Shown piece after piece: positions 1 through 8,878 of a stretch of 64,000 nt of DNA. Where the stretch lies: assembly GCA_965230895.1 (NCBI GenBank), contig OZ246394.1:1441887-1505886 (forward strand). The letters are read 5' to 3'. Under the pieces are notes generated by a model. That model did not search any database and was not told the origin of the DNA. It saw only the letters and a list, made by a program, of their open reading frames with translations. This DNA is from an uncultured Gammaproteobacteria bacterium (GTDB taxonomy: Bacteria; Patescibacteriota; Microgenomatia; Levybacterales; UBA12049). The translations under genes and the position numbers were made by a program. Each line of letters starts with the position of its first letter. Position 1 is the stretch's first letter.

Positions 1-2
1 TG

Positions 3-2402
3 GTTGGGTATGATGTCTTCGAACCAATGGGGCTGGATGGCTTTGGTATTCATTCAGAGAATCATGCGATTAAAACAAACTCACATCCTGTAGATCATGC
101 AAAGAGGACGGAAGAAAACTTTTATCGCCAATTGCATGCAACTGGTAATTCTTATGCCTGGGATAACAAGCTAGAAACCTACGACCCTCATTATTATCGC
201 TGGACACAATGGCTTTTTGTGCAACTTTTTAAATCAGGTTTGGCTTATAGGAAAAGCTCTCCGGTTAATTTCTGTCCTTCATGTATGACTGTACTTTCCG
301 ATGAACAGGTTATAGATGGGCACTGTGAGCGATGTGATTCCGTGGTTGAAAAGAAACAATTGGAGCAATGGTTCTTCAAAATTACCGACTATGCCGAGCG
401 TTTACTCAATAACATAGAACACATGGACTGGACTGACAAGGTTAGAGTTGCTCAAAGAAATTGGATTGGCCGAAGTGAAGGCGTGCGTCTTGAGTTCGAG
501 GTCAGCGGATTGCCTTCCTATAAAGACAAGATTGCTGTATTTACCACGGCTATTGATACTGTCTATGGAGTGACGTTCATGGTCATTTCACCAGAGCATC
601 CTTTAGTTAAAGAGATCCTGGAGAATACGAATGTTAAGGCTAGAAGGGATGAAATAGAGACTTATATTAAACAGGCTCAACACAAATCTGAAGTTGAACG
701 TACTGCAGAAGGTAAGGCTAAGACTGGCGTAGCAAGCGGGATTTCCGTCATCAACCCCTTGAATGGAGAATCCGTTCCATTGTGGATTGCGGATTATGTT
801 TTGATGGGATATGGAACTGGCGCTGTGATGGGAGTACCAGGACATGATGCAAGAGATCATGCATTTGCCAAAAAGTACAAATTAGAAATAAAAGCTGTCG
901 TGAAACCAAAAACGGGTACGAAAAATGCACACGTCCAAAAAGACGGTTTTTGGGATTATAAAGAAATTAAGACATTGTTCAAAAATGAGTCAGAAATGAT
1001 TAATTCCGAAAGACTTAACGGCCTTTCGAGCTCAGACGCAAAGGAAAAGCTTGTGCAATTAATAGCAGCAAAAGGTTACGGAAAGGCTGAAAAGACGTAC
1101 CATTTACGTGACTGGTTAATCTCTCGTCAGAGATATTGGGGACCGCCAATTCCAATGATTTATTGTGATACTTGTGCAACAAAAGGAAAATCATGGTTTA
1201 CGACCAAAGAAGGTTTGATGCAAAAGTTGGTTGACGGAAAAGATAGAAATGAGATGGCTGGCTGGTACCCAGAAGAAAATTTACCAGTAGAATTGCCATA
1301 TATTAAAGATTTCAAGCCAATGGGCACAGGGAAATCTCCTTTAGCAAATCATCCAAGTTTTTATGAAACGAAGTGTCCAGAATGTGGGGGCGATGCTCGA
1401 CGCGAAACTGATGTCTCCGATACTTTCTTGGATTCTGCATGGTACTTCTTACGATATTTAGCCACCGATTTAGAATATATTCCTTTCCCAATGAAAGAAG
1501 AAAAGGCAAAGCAATTCCCTGGAGCTACAAAAGAAGAAATTGAGAAAGCAGTCAAACGTCAATCATGGCTTCCAGTAACGATGTATATCGGTGGTGCTGA
1601 GCATTCTGTATTGCATTTGTTGTATGCGCGGTTTGTCACCATGGCACTTCATGATATGGGTTATTTAGATTTTGAAGAACCCTTTACAAGGTTTTATGCG
1701 CATGGATTGATCATCAAAGATGGAGCCAAAATGAGTAAGAGTAAAGGGAATGTCATCAACCCAGATGATTACATCCGCAAATATGGTGTGGATACGTTGC
1801 GGAGTTATCTTCTGTTCCTTGGTCCGTTTAATCAAGGTGGTGACTTCCGAGACACCGGAATTGAAGGTATGCATCGATTTATTAAGCGAGTTTGGGTCAT
1901 GTTTAAAGAGCAAGGCAAAGGCAGTGGAGAACCATCTGCTGAAGGTTTAAAGTTTATGCATGAAGCAGTCAAGGGTGTGACAGAGGATTTATATGAACTT
2001 CGATTCAATACAGCTATTGCAAAGCTCATGATCTGGTATAACTTCTTGGCAAAGCAAAAGACTATCAGCAAAGAAGAATTAGAAACATATCTGCAATTGT
2101 TTGCACCATTTGCTCCACATCTGACAGAAGAATTATGGCAGGAACTTGGCAATCCGTTCTCAATTCATACGAGTTCGTGGCCATCTTTTAATGAAAAGTA
2201 TTTAAAGCAAGATACGCTCATTGTTGCAGTTCAGGTAAATGGAAAGTTGCGTAGTACGCTTGAAATAGCAACTGCAGATAAGGATAAAAAAGACATGATT
2301 GAAAAGCTTGGGCGAGAGAAGGAAGAAGTCGCAAAGTTCTTGCAGGGAAGTGTTCGAAAAGTTATTTACGTACCCGGTAAAATCCTCAACTTTGTTGTCT
2401 AA
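3..2402 (+). CDS. leuS: Leucine--tRNA ligase, 5' truncated by window edge
   Basis: Frame is open upstream of the track start (VGYDVFEPMGLDGFG). It has a Zn knuckle CPSC..CERC, editing-domain GYGTGAVMGVPGHD, DWLISRQRYWG, KMSKS and C-terminal VQVNGKLR. Confidence 0.97.
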   Translation, partial: VGYDVFEPMGLDGFGIHSENHAIKTNSHPVDHAKRTEENFYRQLHATGNSYAWDNKLETYDPHYYRWTQWLFVQLFKSGLAYRKSSPVNFCPSCMTVLSDEQVIDGHCERCDSVVEKKQLEQWFFKITDYAERLLNNIEHMDWTDKVRVAQRNWIGRSEGVRLEFEVSGLPSYKDKIAVFTTAIDTVYGVTFMVISPEHPLVKEILENTNVKARRDEIETYIKQAQHKSEVERTAEGKAKTGVASGISVINPLNGESVPLWIADYVLMGYGTGAVMGVPGHDARDHAFAKKYKLEIKAVVKPKTGTKNAHVQKDGFWDYKEIKTLFKNESEMINSERLNGLSSSDAKEKLVQLIAAKGYGKAEKTYHLRDWLISRQRYWGPPIPMIYCDTCATKGKSWFTTKEGLMQKLVDGKDRNEMAGWYPEENLPVELPYIKDFKPMGTGKSPLANHPSFYETKCPECGGDARRETDVSDTFLDSAWYFLRYLATDLEYIPFPMKEEKAKQFPGATKEEIEKAVKRQSWLPVTMYIGGAEHSVLHLLYARFVTMALHDMGYLDFEEPFTRFYAHGLIIKDGAKMSKSKGNVINPDDYIRKYGVDTLRSYLLFLGPFNQGGDFRDTGIEGMHRFIKRVWVMFKEQGKGSGEPSAEGLKFMHEAVKGVTEDLYELRFNTAIAKLMIWYNFLAKQKTISKEELETYLQLFAPFAPHLTEELWQELGNPFSIHTSSWPSFNEKYLKQDTLIVAVQVNGKLRSTLEIATADKDKKDMIEKLGREKEEVAKFLQGSVRKVIYVPGKILNFVV

Positions 2403-2422
2403 TATTCATAGGCTTTTCTCTC

Positions 2423-2457
2423 TTTACATTTTACTTTGAAGTTTGTAATCTATCATT
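2423..2457 (+). promoter_or_regulatory. sigma70-like promoter, probably leaderless, for comEA
   Basis: TTTACA(2423-2428)-N17-TAATCT(2446-2451)-N6-ATG(2458); no Shine-Dalgarno. Confidence 0.5.
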
Positions 2458-3096
2458 ATGGACTTGCAAGAGCGACTCACAGAATTTATTAAAGAACATT
2501 TTGTGGCTCTTCTTATCGGCGGTGTCGGACTTACTTTTCTTGTCTATGGTTTTGTTAGCTTTTATTACGTGAGTGTTCCCAAAGAAGAAGTCCAATTCAA
2601 TGCGAGCGCTAAGCCTTCGACCACACTCAAGCAAAAAAACACCAAGGAAAAAAAGATTACTGTTGATGTCTCTGGTGCTGTAAATAAACCTGGTGTCTAT
2701 ATGCTTTCTCCTGAGAGTAGGGTGCAAGATGCGATTGTAGAAGCTGGTGGTCTGGCTGGAACTGTTGATCAACAGAAAGTCTCTCAAAGCCTCAATTTGG
2801 CAGCGCCACTTACTGATGGTGCAAAACTCTATATCCCAGTGCTTGGAGACCAAACTGTGACATCACAAGCGACATCTGGAAAGAGTTCAGGAACTGTACA
2901 ATCGGCTACCAGTTCTATCATCAATATTAATTCGGCGACCGAAGATGAGCTCGATGCTCTTCCTGGCGTTGGAGAGGTTACGGCAAGCAAGATTATTGAA
3001 AACCGTCCTTATACAGCACTTGAAGAATTAGTTGAAAAGAAAGCAGTAGGGCAGGCAACCTTTGAAAAGATTAAGGATCAAATCAGTGTGTACTAG
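2458..3096 (+). CDS. comEA: ComEA family DNA-binding competence protein
   Basis: N-terminal TM helix, SLBB domain (VDVSGAVNKPGVY..RVQDAIVEAGG) and HhH domain (ININSATEDELDALPGVGEVTASKII). Confidence 0.92.
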   Translation: MDLQERLTEFIKEHFVALLIGGVGLTFLVYGFVSFYYVSVPKEEVQFNASAKPSTTLKQKNTKEKKITVDVSGAVNKPGVYMLSPESRVQDAIVEAGGLAGTVDQQKVSQSLNLAAPLTDGAKLYIPVLGDQTVTSQATSGKSSGTVQSATSSIININSATEDELDALPGVGEVTASKIIENRPYTALEELVEKKAVGQATFEKIKDQISVY

Positions 3097-3101
3097 CCTC
3101 T

Positions 3102-4343
3102 ATGAAGATATTGTTTGCCTGCATCTTAATCGTTCTTTTGCTTTGGAGGTTTCATACCTACTTTCAGGAAAAACCGGCATACAAAGACGGACAGAATTTG
3201 CAAATACAAGTAACGTTGCAGGAGGAACCAGAGCTGAGTAACAAAGGACAAAAGTTTTCAGTAACTGATCCCTATAACCAAACGATTTACGTTACTGCTG
3301 CTGCATTTCCTAGGCTTCAGTATGGAGAAGTGATTGTTTTAAAAGGAATACTTTCAGAGCGTCTACTTGATGATGGCCGGATAACCTACAGTATTTATCA
3401 ACCTGAGGTTGCCGTACTTTTTCCAGCCCATGATCTTGTCTCTGGCTATGCAAAAGAAGTCCGGGAGCGATCGAAGTCTGTATTTGAAGCATCATTACCT
3501 CCGATATCTGCTAGCCTTCTTATGGGAATTGTCTTTGGGTCAAAGGAACATTTTCCTGAGGAAGTCTTCGATGCTTTACAAGCAACTGGGGTACTGCATG
3601 TTATCGCGGCTTCAGGAATGAATGTTACGTTCGTTTCCGCTGCATTGTTGTATGGATTTGGATATTTCATGCGAAGGCAATTTGCTTTAATTCTTGGTTG
3701 TTTTGGGATCATCTTTTATTTGTTTCTCGTCGGGTTTGAACCTTCAATCCTTCGTGCTTCAATCATGGGAATTCTCGCCTTTGGTGCTAGTCTTTTCGGA
3801 AGGCAACATGTGGCTGCGTACGCTGTGCTTGTAAGTGCTGCCTTTATGCTTCTTTGGCAGCCTGGATTTCTGTTTGATTTAGGATTTCAATTATCTTTCC
3901 TTGCAACACTTGGAATTATATTTGTTAAGCCCTTAATCACACTTCCACAGAATTTCTTTACAGAATCGATTACAACCACATTTGCGGCACAGGTGGGGAC
4001 ACTTCCGATTCTGCTTGGAGTTTTCGGACAATTTGGTCTGTTATCTTTACTTGTAAATGCACTCGTTCTTTGGACAATCCCAATTGTGATGCTCGTAGGA
4101 AGTGTCGCCGCAATTCTTGGGTTATTGATTCCGCAACTTGGTCAAGTAATCGTTTTGATTACACTTCCATTTTTGACATTTTTTGAGTTCGTAATTTTGT
4201 CATTTGGACAAAATTCATGGGTGTTGCAAATTCCTCACATGCCAATTGCGGTTTGGGTTGCATATTATCTGATACTGATTGTTATCGTGCTTCGGAAGAA
4301 ACCAAGCAGGGATGTAAAACCATCGCTGTTTTCTGATCTATGA
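3102..4343 (+). CDS. comEC: ComEC/Rec2 membrane (Competence) domain protein
   Basis: Polytopic; TGVLHVIAASGMNV, PSILRASIM and DLGFQLSFLAT motifs; follows comEA. Confidence 0.9.
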   Translation: MKILFACILIVLLLWRFHTYFQEKPAYKDGQNLQIQVTLQEEPELSNKGQKFSVTDPYNQTIYVTAAAFPRLQYGEVIVLKGILSERLLDDGRITYSIYQPEVAVLFPAHDLVSGYAKEVRERSKSVFEASLPPISASLLMGIVFGSKEHFPEEVFDALQATGVLHVIAASGMNVTFVSAALLYGFGYFMRRQFALILGCFGIIFYLFLVGFEPSILRASIMGILAFGASLFGRQHVAAYAVLVSAAFMLLWQPGFLFDLGFQLSFLATLGIIFVKPLITLPQNFFTESITTTFAAQVGTLPILLGVFGQFGLLSLLVNALVLWTIPIVMLVGSVAAILGLLIPQLGQVIVLITLPFLTFFEFVILSFGQNSWVLQIPHMPIAVWVAYYLILIVIVLRKKPSRDVKPSLFSDL

Positions 4344-5200
4344 ATAAGATAACTTTTATTGTCGCTTTGACAATATTTAGCCTTGTATTTTTAACATTTT
4401 GGCAATATGTTAGCTTTAATGACGCAAAAATACATATTGTTTTTTGCGACGTAGGACAAGGTGATGCGATCTTGATTAAAACGTCAAATAACAAATATAT
4501 CCTCGTTGATGGAGGCCCAGATCGAAGCGTAATTAATTGTCTTTCAAAGCATATGCCGTTTTGGAATCGCAAGATTGATCTGATGCTGTTGACACATCCT
4601 CATGCTGATCATTTCTTTGGGATGTTCTATGTGCTTGAGCGGTATCAGGTTGGAGCTTTCGCGACGGAAGACTTAGTTAACAAAACTGCTGCGTATAACG
4701 AACTTATGAAGATGCTTGATGCGAAAGGTGTCAGCAGATCATATGTCTCATCAGGTGATCAATGGAGTATTGGAAATACTGAAGTTATAGTTGCTGGGCC
4801 TACCCAAGAATACCTTTTCCAAACCAGTCCGGGCGGGACAATCGGAGAGAGCAAAGAGTTTGCCTCACTCATTCTCAATATAATCTTTGGAGATTTTTCT
4901 GTACTCTTAACAGGGGATAGCCAAGTCAGTGGGATTGAGGATGCACAGAATCAATTAGAGCTTCCAATTGATATTCTCCATGTACCGCATCACGGATCTG
5001 GGACAGGACTCGATGAAGAGGTTTTAAAAGATCTGGAACCGACTCTTGCAGTAGTCTCTGTTGGCGCTGAGAATCGCTACAATCATCCTCATCCGCGGAT
5101 CATGAGTCTTTTGCAATCTCTGCAAATTGATGTCCTTAGAACGGATCAGAAAGGCACTATTGAAATTGTGAGTGATGGGACCGGGTTTGTTACGAAGTAG
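4340..5200 (+). CDS. ComEC-type metallo-beta-lactamase fold nuclease (stand-alone)
   Basis: CDVGQGDAILI, LTHPHADH, LLTGD, VPHHGS, NRYNHPH and RTDQKG motifs; ATGA overlap with the upstream gene. Confidence 0.9.
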   Translation: MNKITFIVALTIFSLVFLTFWQYVSFNDAKIHIVFCDVGQGDAILIKTSNNKYILVDGGPDRSVINCLSKHMPFWNRKIDLMLLTHPHADHFFGMFYVLERYQVGAFATEDLVNKTAAYNELMKMLDAKGVSRSYVSSGDQWSIGNTEVIVAGPTQEYLFQTSPGGTIGESKEFASLILNIIFGDFSVLLTGDSQVSGIEDAQNQLELPIDILHVPHHGSGTGLDEEVLKDLEPTLAVVSVGAENRYNHPHPRIMSLLQSLQIDVLRTDQKGTIEIVSDGTGFVTK

Positions 5201-5876
5201 GATTTTCTTCAAGAAGACTATCGATATCGTCGAGAAGCTGATTACTCCTGTCAGGCGTGAATTTTTTAACCGGGGGATCAACAGGCATATGCCATTCTAA
5301 GTTTGCGTCGGCTAATAATCCAGTAAAGTATTTTACTATTCGTAATCTATCATCGCGGGTGACACCATGGACTGTTTCTTCATGCGTTAAACCATATGAC
5401 GTGAGTTGAGCTTGCGCAGCTAATATCGCTGTTTGTCTTCTTGCTTCGGCAAGAGATGTCTCTTCTGTAATGCTATCCAGACGTCTAGCAAGCGCTAAGC
5501 TATATCGCACTTCAGCCGCAGAATCTGGATTTGGCCCTGCGTTTACAACTTCCTGTGGCTGCTCCTCATTTATTGTTGGTGGAATAAAGAAAGGGAAAAC
5601 TGGTTTTGGTTCAGGCTTTTTCGCTTTATTAACAGAATTTTGGAATGTTTTAATTCCTGCCAAAAGTTCACCATGATCTTTTGGAGCATAACCTAATGCG
5701 ACTCCAAAAACTACTGCATCGCGAAGATGCTGGTGGAACGATAACCAAGCATCAGGGATGCCGGCATATTTCGTTTCGCCTTCTTGTATAAGATTGTTCG
5801 CAATGAACTTTGATGCTGTAGAACTATTTTGATTTCTTCTTTCCTGCAAGGGAAGCCTGCCTAGCTGTTCTTTCAT
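5190..5876 (-). CDS. Hypothetical protein
   Basis: 228-aa ORF filling the gap; TGnTATAAT lies 7 nt upstream of its ATG; no recognisable motif. Confidence 0.65.
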   Translation of the reverse strand: MKEQLGRLPLQERRNQNSSTASKFIANNLIQEGETKYAGIPDAWLSFHQHLRDAVVFGVALGYAPKDHGELLAGIKTFQNSVNKAKKPEPKPVFPFFIPPTINEEQPQEVVNAGPNPDSAAEVRYSLALARRLDSITEETSLAEARRQTAILAAQAQLTSYGLTHEETVHGVTRDDRLRIVKYFTGLLADANLEWHMPVDPPVKKFTPDRSNQLLDDIDSLLEENPTS

Positions 5877-5897
5877 TGAACGGATTATACCACGTGG

Positions 5898-7634
5898 TTA
5901 ATTGACAAGTTTTTGTCCTTGAGTAGCTGCCACCGGAGCAGTTGCAGGTGTAGCTGCGTCAGTCTTTGCAGCTGAATCAAGTGGGAGGGAGAATGTAATT
6001 GTTGTTCCTCGACCTTCTTCTGATTCTAGCGAAACTTGACCTCCGTGTGCTTCCACAACTCCTTTAACGATATAGAGGCCCAAGCCTGTACCGACAACAC
6101 CATTTTGTGTTCCACCAAGTTGAGTGAACTTAGAGAAGAGCAAATGTTGTTTGTCTTTTGGAATACCAGCACCAGTATCAGATACTGAAACAACGACGCT
6201 TCCAATTGCTGGCTTTGCAGTAAGTTTGACAGTACCACCTGAAGAAGTAAACTTCAAAGAATTGGAGATAAGGTTGTTGACGACCTGGCCGATGTGAATG
6301 GGATCGAACTTAAAGGATGGAATTGATGGATCGATATCAACATCAAGATTAATAAATCGCTCGTGTGCCTGCGGAGCAAAGACAGCAATTCTTTCTTGAA
6401 TTAACTTCTTCATATCGCCAGGTATCTTGGATATCGTGAACAATCCTGCTTCGAGTTTCGCAGCATCAAGGATAAGAGAAACTTCATCAAGCATCTTTCG
6501 TGATTGCCCTGAGATAAGTCCAATGATCTTGTTCTTTTCCTCATCAGCAAGTGGGGCAGGTGGGTTCATCAAAAGTTCTGAACTTGCTTTGATTGCAGTC
6601 AATGGACTTCTGAGTTCGTGAACCATAATGTTTGTAAAGTCTTCCTTCATCTTTGCGACAGACTTTTCAAGCGTAATGTCATGGAGAAGTACTGATGCTC
6701 CGATAACTTTTCGTTCGGTGGTGATACTTTCATCAAAGACTGGTGTGATGAAAATCTGAAATACTTTCTCATCGATATTAACTTCTTTTTCTTCGATGAC
6801 ACGCTTATGGTTGATTGCTCGTTGGATCTTGGCACTAAAGTCATAAGTATTTGGAAGTGCGCTCAAAAGATCAATTGTGGTTGGATTCTCTTTTGGAATA
6901 TCGAGGAAGTCTTTTGCAGCGTCGTTGATGACATTCAATTGTCCATTTACATCGACCATGAAGAGACCATCGGCGAGACTTCCAATCATTGCCATAAGCT
7001 TTCCTTTTTCAAGCTGCAAGATGTTTTCTAGTCGGGACAATGTTTCTGATGCCATTGCTGCAATCTTGTACAGAGTAGTCATTTCCTCTTCACTGTAAAG
7101 ATTCTCTTTTGTAGAAGCGACATTCATCAACGCAACCACTCGGTCATTGATTATCAATGGGATATGGAAGAACGAAGAAGGTCCTGCGTGGTTCAAATCA
7201 TCCACTGCAACGCCGGAGATGTTTGGTTCAATCCGATCAGGAATACTATTGCCTTCCATTGCACGGAATGAATTTTGCATACTTGTTTTGATGTTCTCAA
7301 GATAATTTTTGCTGACACCTTCTTTAATGTGGGTTTTGAAAATGAATTTGTCATTATCCAAGATTAAAGCCGATACAGTAGAGTAGCTCAAAAGTGTATC
7401 GAGACTTCCTGTGATGACATCAACAACTTTTTCAACATTCAACGAATATCCAATACGATCTTGAACTTCCTTCAGCATGGTAATCTCGTAAAGTCGTTGT
7501 TTTTGTTTCTTCTCGTTCTCAACAAGTTTCTGAATAGCTTTCTCTTCCTTCATTGAAAAGAAGATTGCAACGACTCCAAATACTATTGTCGCGACAATTG
7601 CTACGCCTATGATTATGTACATTCCTAAATCCAT
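5898..7634 (-). CDS. Membrane-anchored sensor histidine kinase (TM-GAF-PAS-HisKA-HATPase)
   Basis: H-box VHELRSPL, N-box NLISNSLKF, G1 VSDTGAGI, G2 GTGLGL; PAS-like SLADGLFMVD..INDAA; GAF-like HIPLIINDRVVALMNV. Confidence 0.92.
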   Translation of the reverse strand: MDLGMYIIIGVAIVATIVFGVVAIFFSMKEEKAIQKLVENEKKQKQRLYEITMLKEVQDRIGYSLNVEKVVDVITGSLDTLLSYSTVSALILDNDKFIFKTHIKEGVSKNYLENIKTSMQNSFRAMEGNSIPDRIEPNISGVAVDDLNHAGPSSFFHIPLIINDRVVALMNVASTKENLYSEEEMTTLYKIAAMASETLSRLENILQLEKGKLMAMIGSLADGLFMVDVNGQLNVINDAAKDFLDIPKENPTTIDLLSALPNTYDFSAKIQRAINHKRVIEEKEVNIDEKVFQIFITPVFDESITTERKVIGASVLLHDITLEKSVAKMKEDFTNIMVHELRSPLTAIKASSELLMNPPAPLADEEKNKIIGLISGQSRKMLDEVSLILDAAKLEAGLFTISKIPGDMKKLIQERIAVFAPQAHERFINLDVDIDPSIPSFKFDPIHIGQVVNNLISNSLKFTSSGGTVKLTAKPAIGSVVVSVSDTGAGIPKDKQHLLFSKFTQLGGTQNGVVGTGLGLYIVKGVVEAHGGQVSLESEEGRGTTITFSLPLDSAAKTDAATPATAPVAATQGQKLVN

Positions 7635-7639
7635 AATGG

Positions 7640-8137
7640 TTAATTTGCAGTAGACTGCTGTTCGTGTTCGGTTTTTACGCTATCTTTATTCTCTGAGGCT
7701 TCCTTGTGGTCCTCAGTATGTTCTTCTGGTGCATCTGTCTTTACCGCATCAGGAACTGCCGCCGGGGTTGGCTCTTCGTGATGTTCAGTTGAATGCTCAT
7801 TTTGGTTCAATTGTGGCTCTGCAGGTTTCATCTCTTGTGCATGTCCTTCTGAAGGTTGTACTCCCTCTGCAGTAGGGTATGCTGTAATAATTGCATTGAG
7901 AAGTGGACGCATCGTCTTTTTGACCATGAGCGGGGACAATTCACGGAATTGTTCAAGGAGTTTAATGCTCACTTCCTGGGGATTCCCATCGATACCTGTT
8001 ACTCGACCTTCATTATTTACATGAAGTCCTGAAACGTTTTTTGCTTTTGCAAGAGTGATCGCAGGACCCAGAATAACCATCTGGCTTTGCAGAGTATCAG
8101 TCAGTAATTGTTGGTAGTTCAGGGCAGAGTCACTCAT
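7640..8137 (-). CDS. Hypothetical protein: about 85-aa globular domain plus acidic/His/Pro low-complexity tail
   Basis: Tightly packed between the receiver and kinase genes (11 and 5 nt gaps). Confidence 0.75.
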   Translation of the reverse strand: MSDSALNYQQLLTDTLQSQMVILGPAITLAKAKNVSGLHVNNEGRVTGIDGNPQEVSIKLLEQFRELSPLMVKKTMRPLLNAIITAYPTAEGVQPSEGHAQEMKPAEPQLNQNEHSTEHHEEPTPAAVPDAVKTDAPEEHTEDHKEASENKDSVKTEHEQQSTAN

Positions 8138-8148
8138 GGTAGTATAGC

Positions 8149-8700
8149 CTACCCAGTGTTATTGTTTTGGGTAGGGTCAGCCGGTGGATTTGGTTGTGGG
8201 TTATTTGGCTGCTGTGGTTGAACAGGTGGCTGCGGTTGTGTTGGCGATGGTTGTTGTGGTTGTCCTTGAACTGGTGGCGCAGCGACTTGTGCATTTGGAT
8301 CAACTGGGGCTGCTGTTGCTGGAGCACTTCCTTGAAGATCTGTCAAAAGCGTCTTTACTTTTTCAACAAGGTCTTTGGTTTCTATCTGGTACTTGAGGAT
8401 GTAATCTACCGCACCTTTCTCAATAGCTTCTTTCATCATTTGATTTTCATTGTAATTTGAGATAAGCATGACTGGAATATTTGAAGTTGTTGGATCTGCT
8501 TTCAGAGCGGTGAGTACTGCATTTCCTAACATGTCCGGCATAATCTGATCAAGAAGGACCATGTCAGGCTTTTGCGTTTTCACTTGATTAATCCCATCAG
8601 TACCATTTGTTGCAGTGATTACTTCAAATCCAGCACTCTTTAAACCCATGGACCATGTAGCAGCTGTAAGTTGATCGTCATCGACGATAAGGACTTTCAT
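8149..8700 (-). CDS. Single-domain response regulator (receiver) with Pro/Gln-rich tail
   Basis: MKVLIVDDD, LLDQIMP (phospho-Asp), GAVDYILK; no output domain. Confidence 0.9.
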   Translation of the reverse strand: MKVLIVDDDQLTAATWSMGLKSAGFEVITATNGTDGINQVKTQKPDMVLLDQIMPDMLGNAVLTALKADPTTSNIPVMLISNYNENQMMKEAIEKGAVDYILKYQIETKDLVEKVKTLLTDLQGSAPATAAPVDPNAQVAAPPVQGQPQQPSPTQPQPPVQPQQPNNPQPNPPADPTQNNNTG

Positions 8701-8843
8701 AGTTACTTTTCACGCTAGCAACATTTTCACAGAAATGCAAGCAGCAAATAGATATCATTACAAGGTTGTTACAAAAAATGTTGGATTACTTTGCACGCTC
8801 CGTGCAATCGGACTGAGGAGATAATAAAAAGAACTTACAGCTT

Positions 8844-8878
8844 ATGACGGATTCTCGATAATTTGGTATACTGTCTTC
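8844..8878 (+). promoter_or_regulatory. sigma70-like promoter, probably leaderless, for argS
   Basis: ATGACG(8844-8849)-N17-TATACT(8867-8872) with TG extension, then 6 nt to ATG 8879. Confidence 0.6.
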
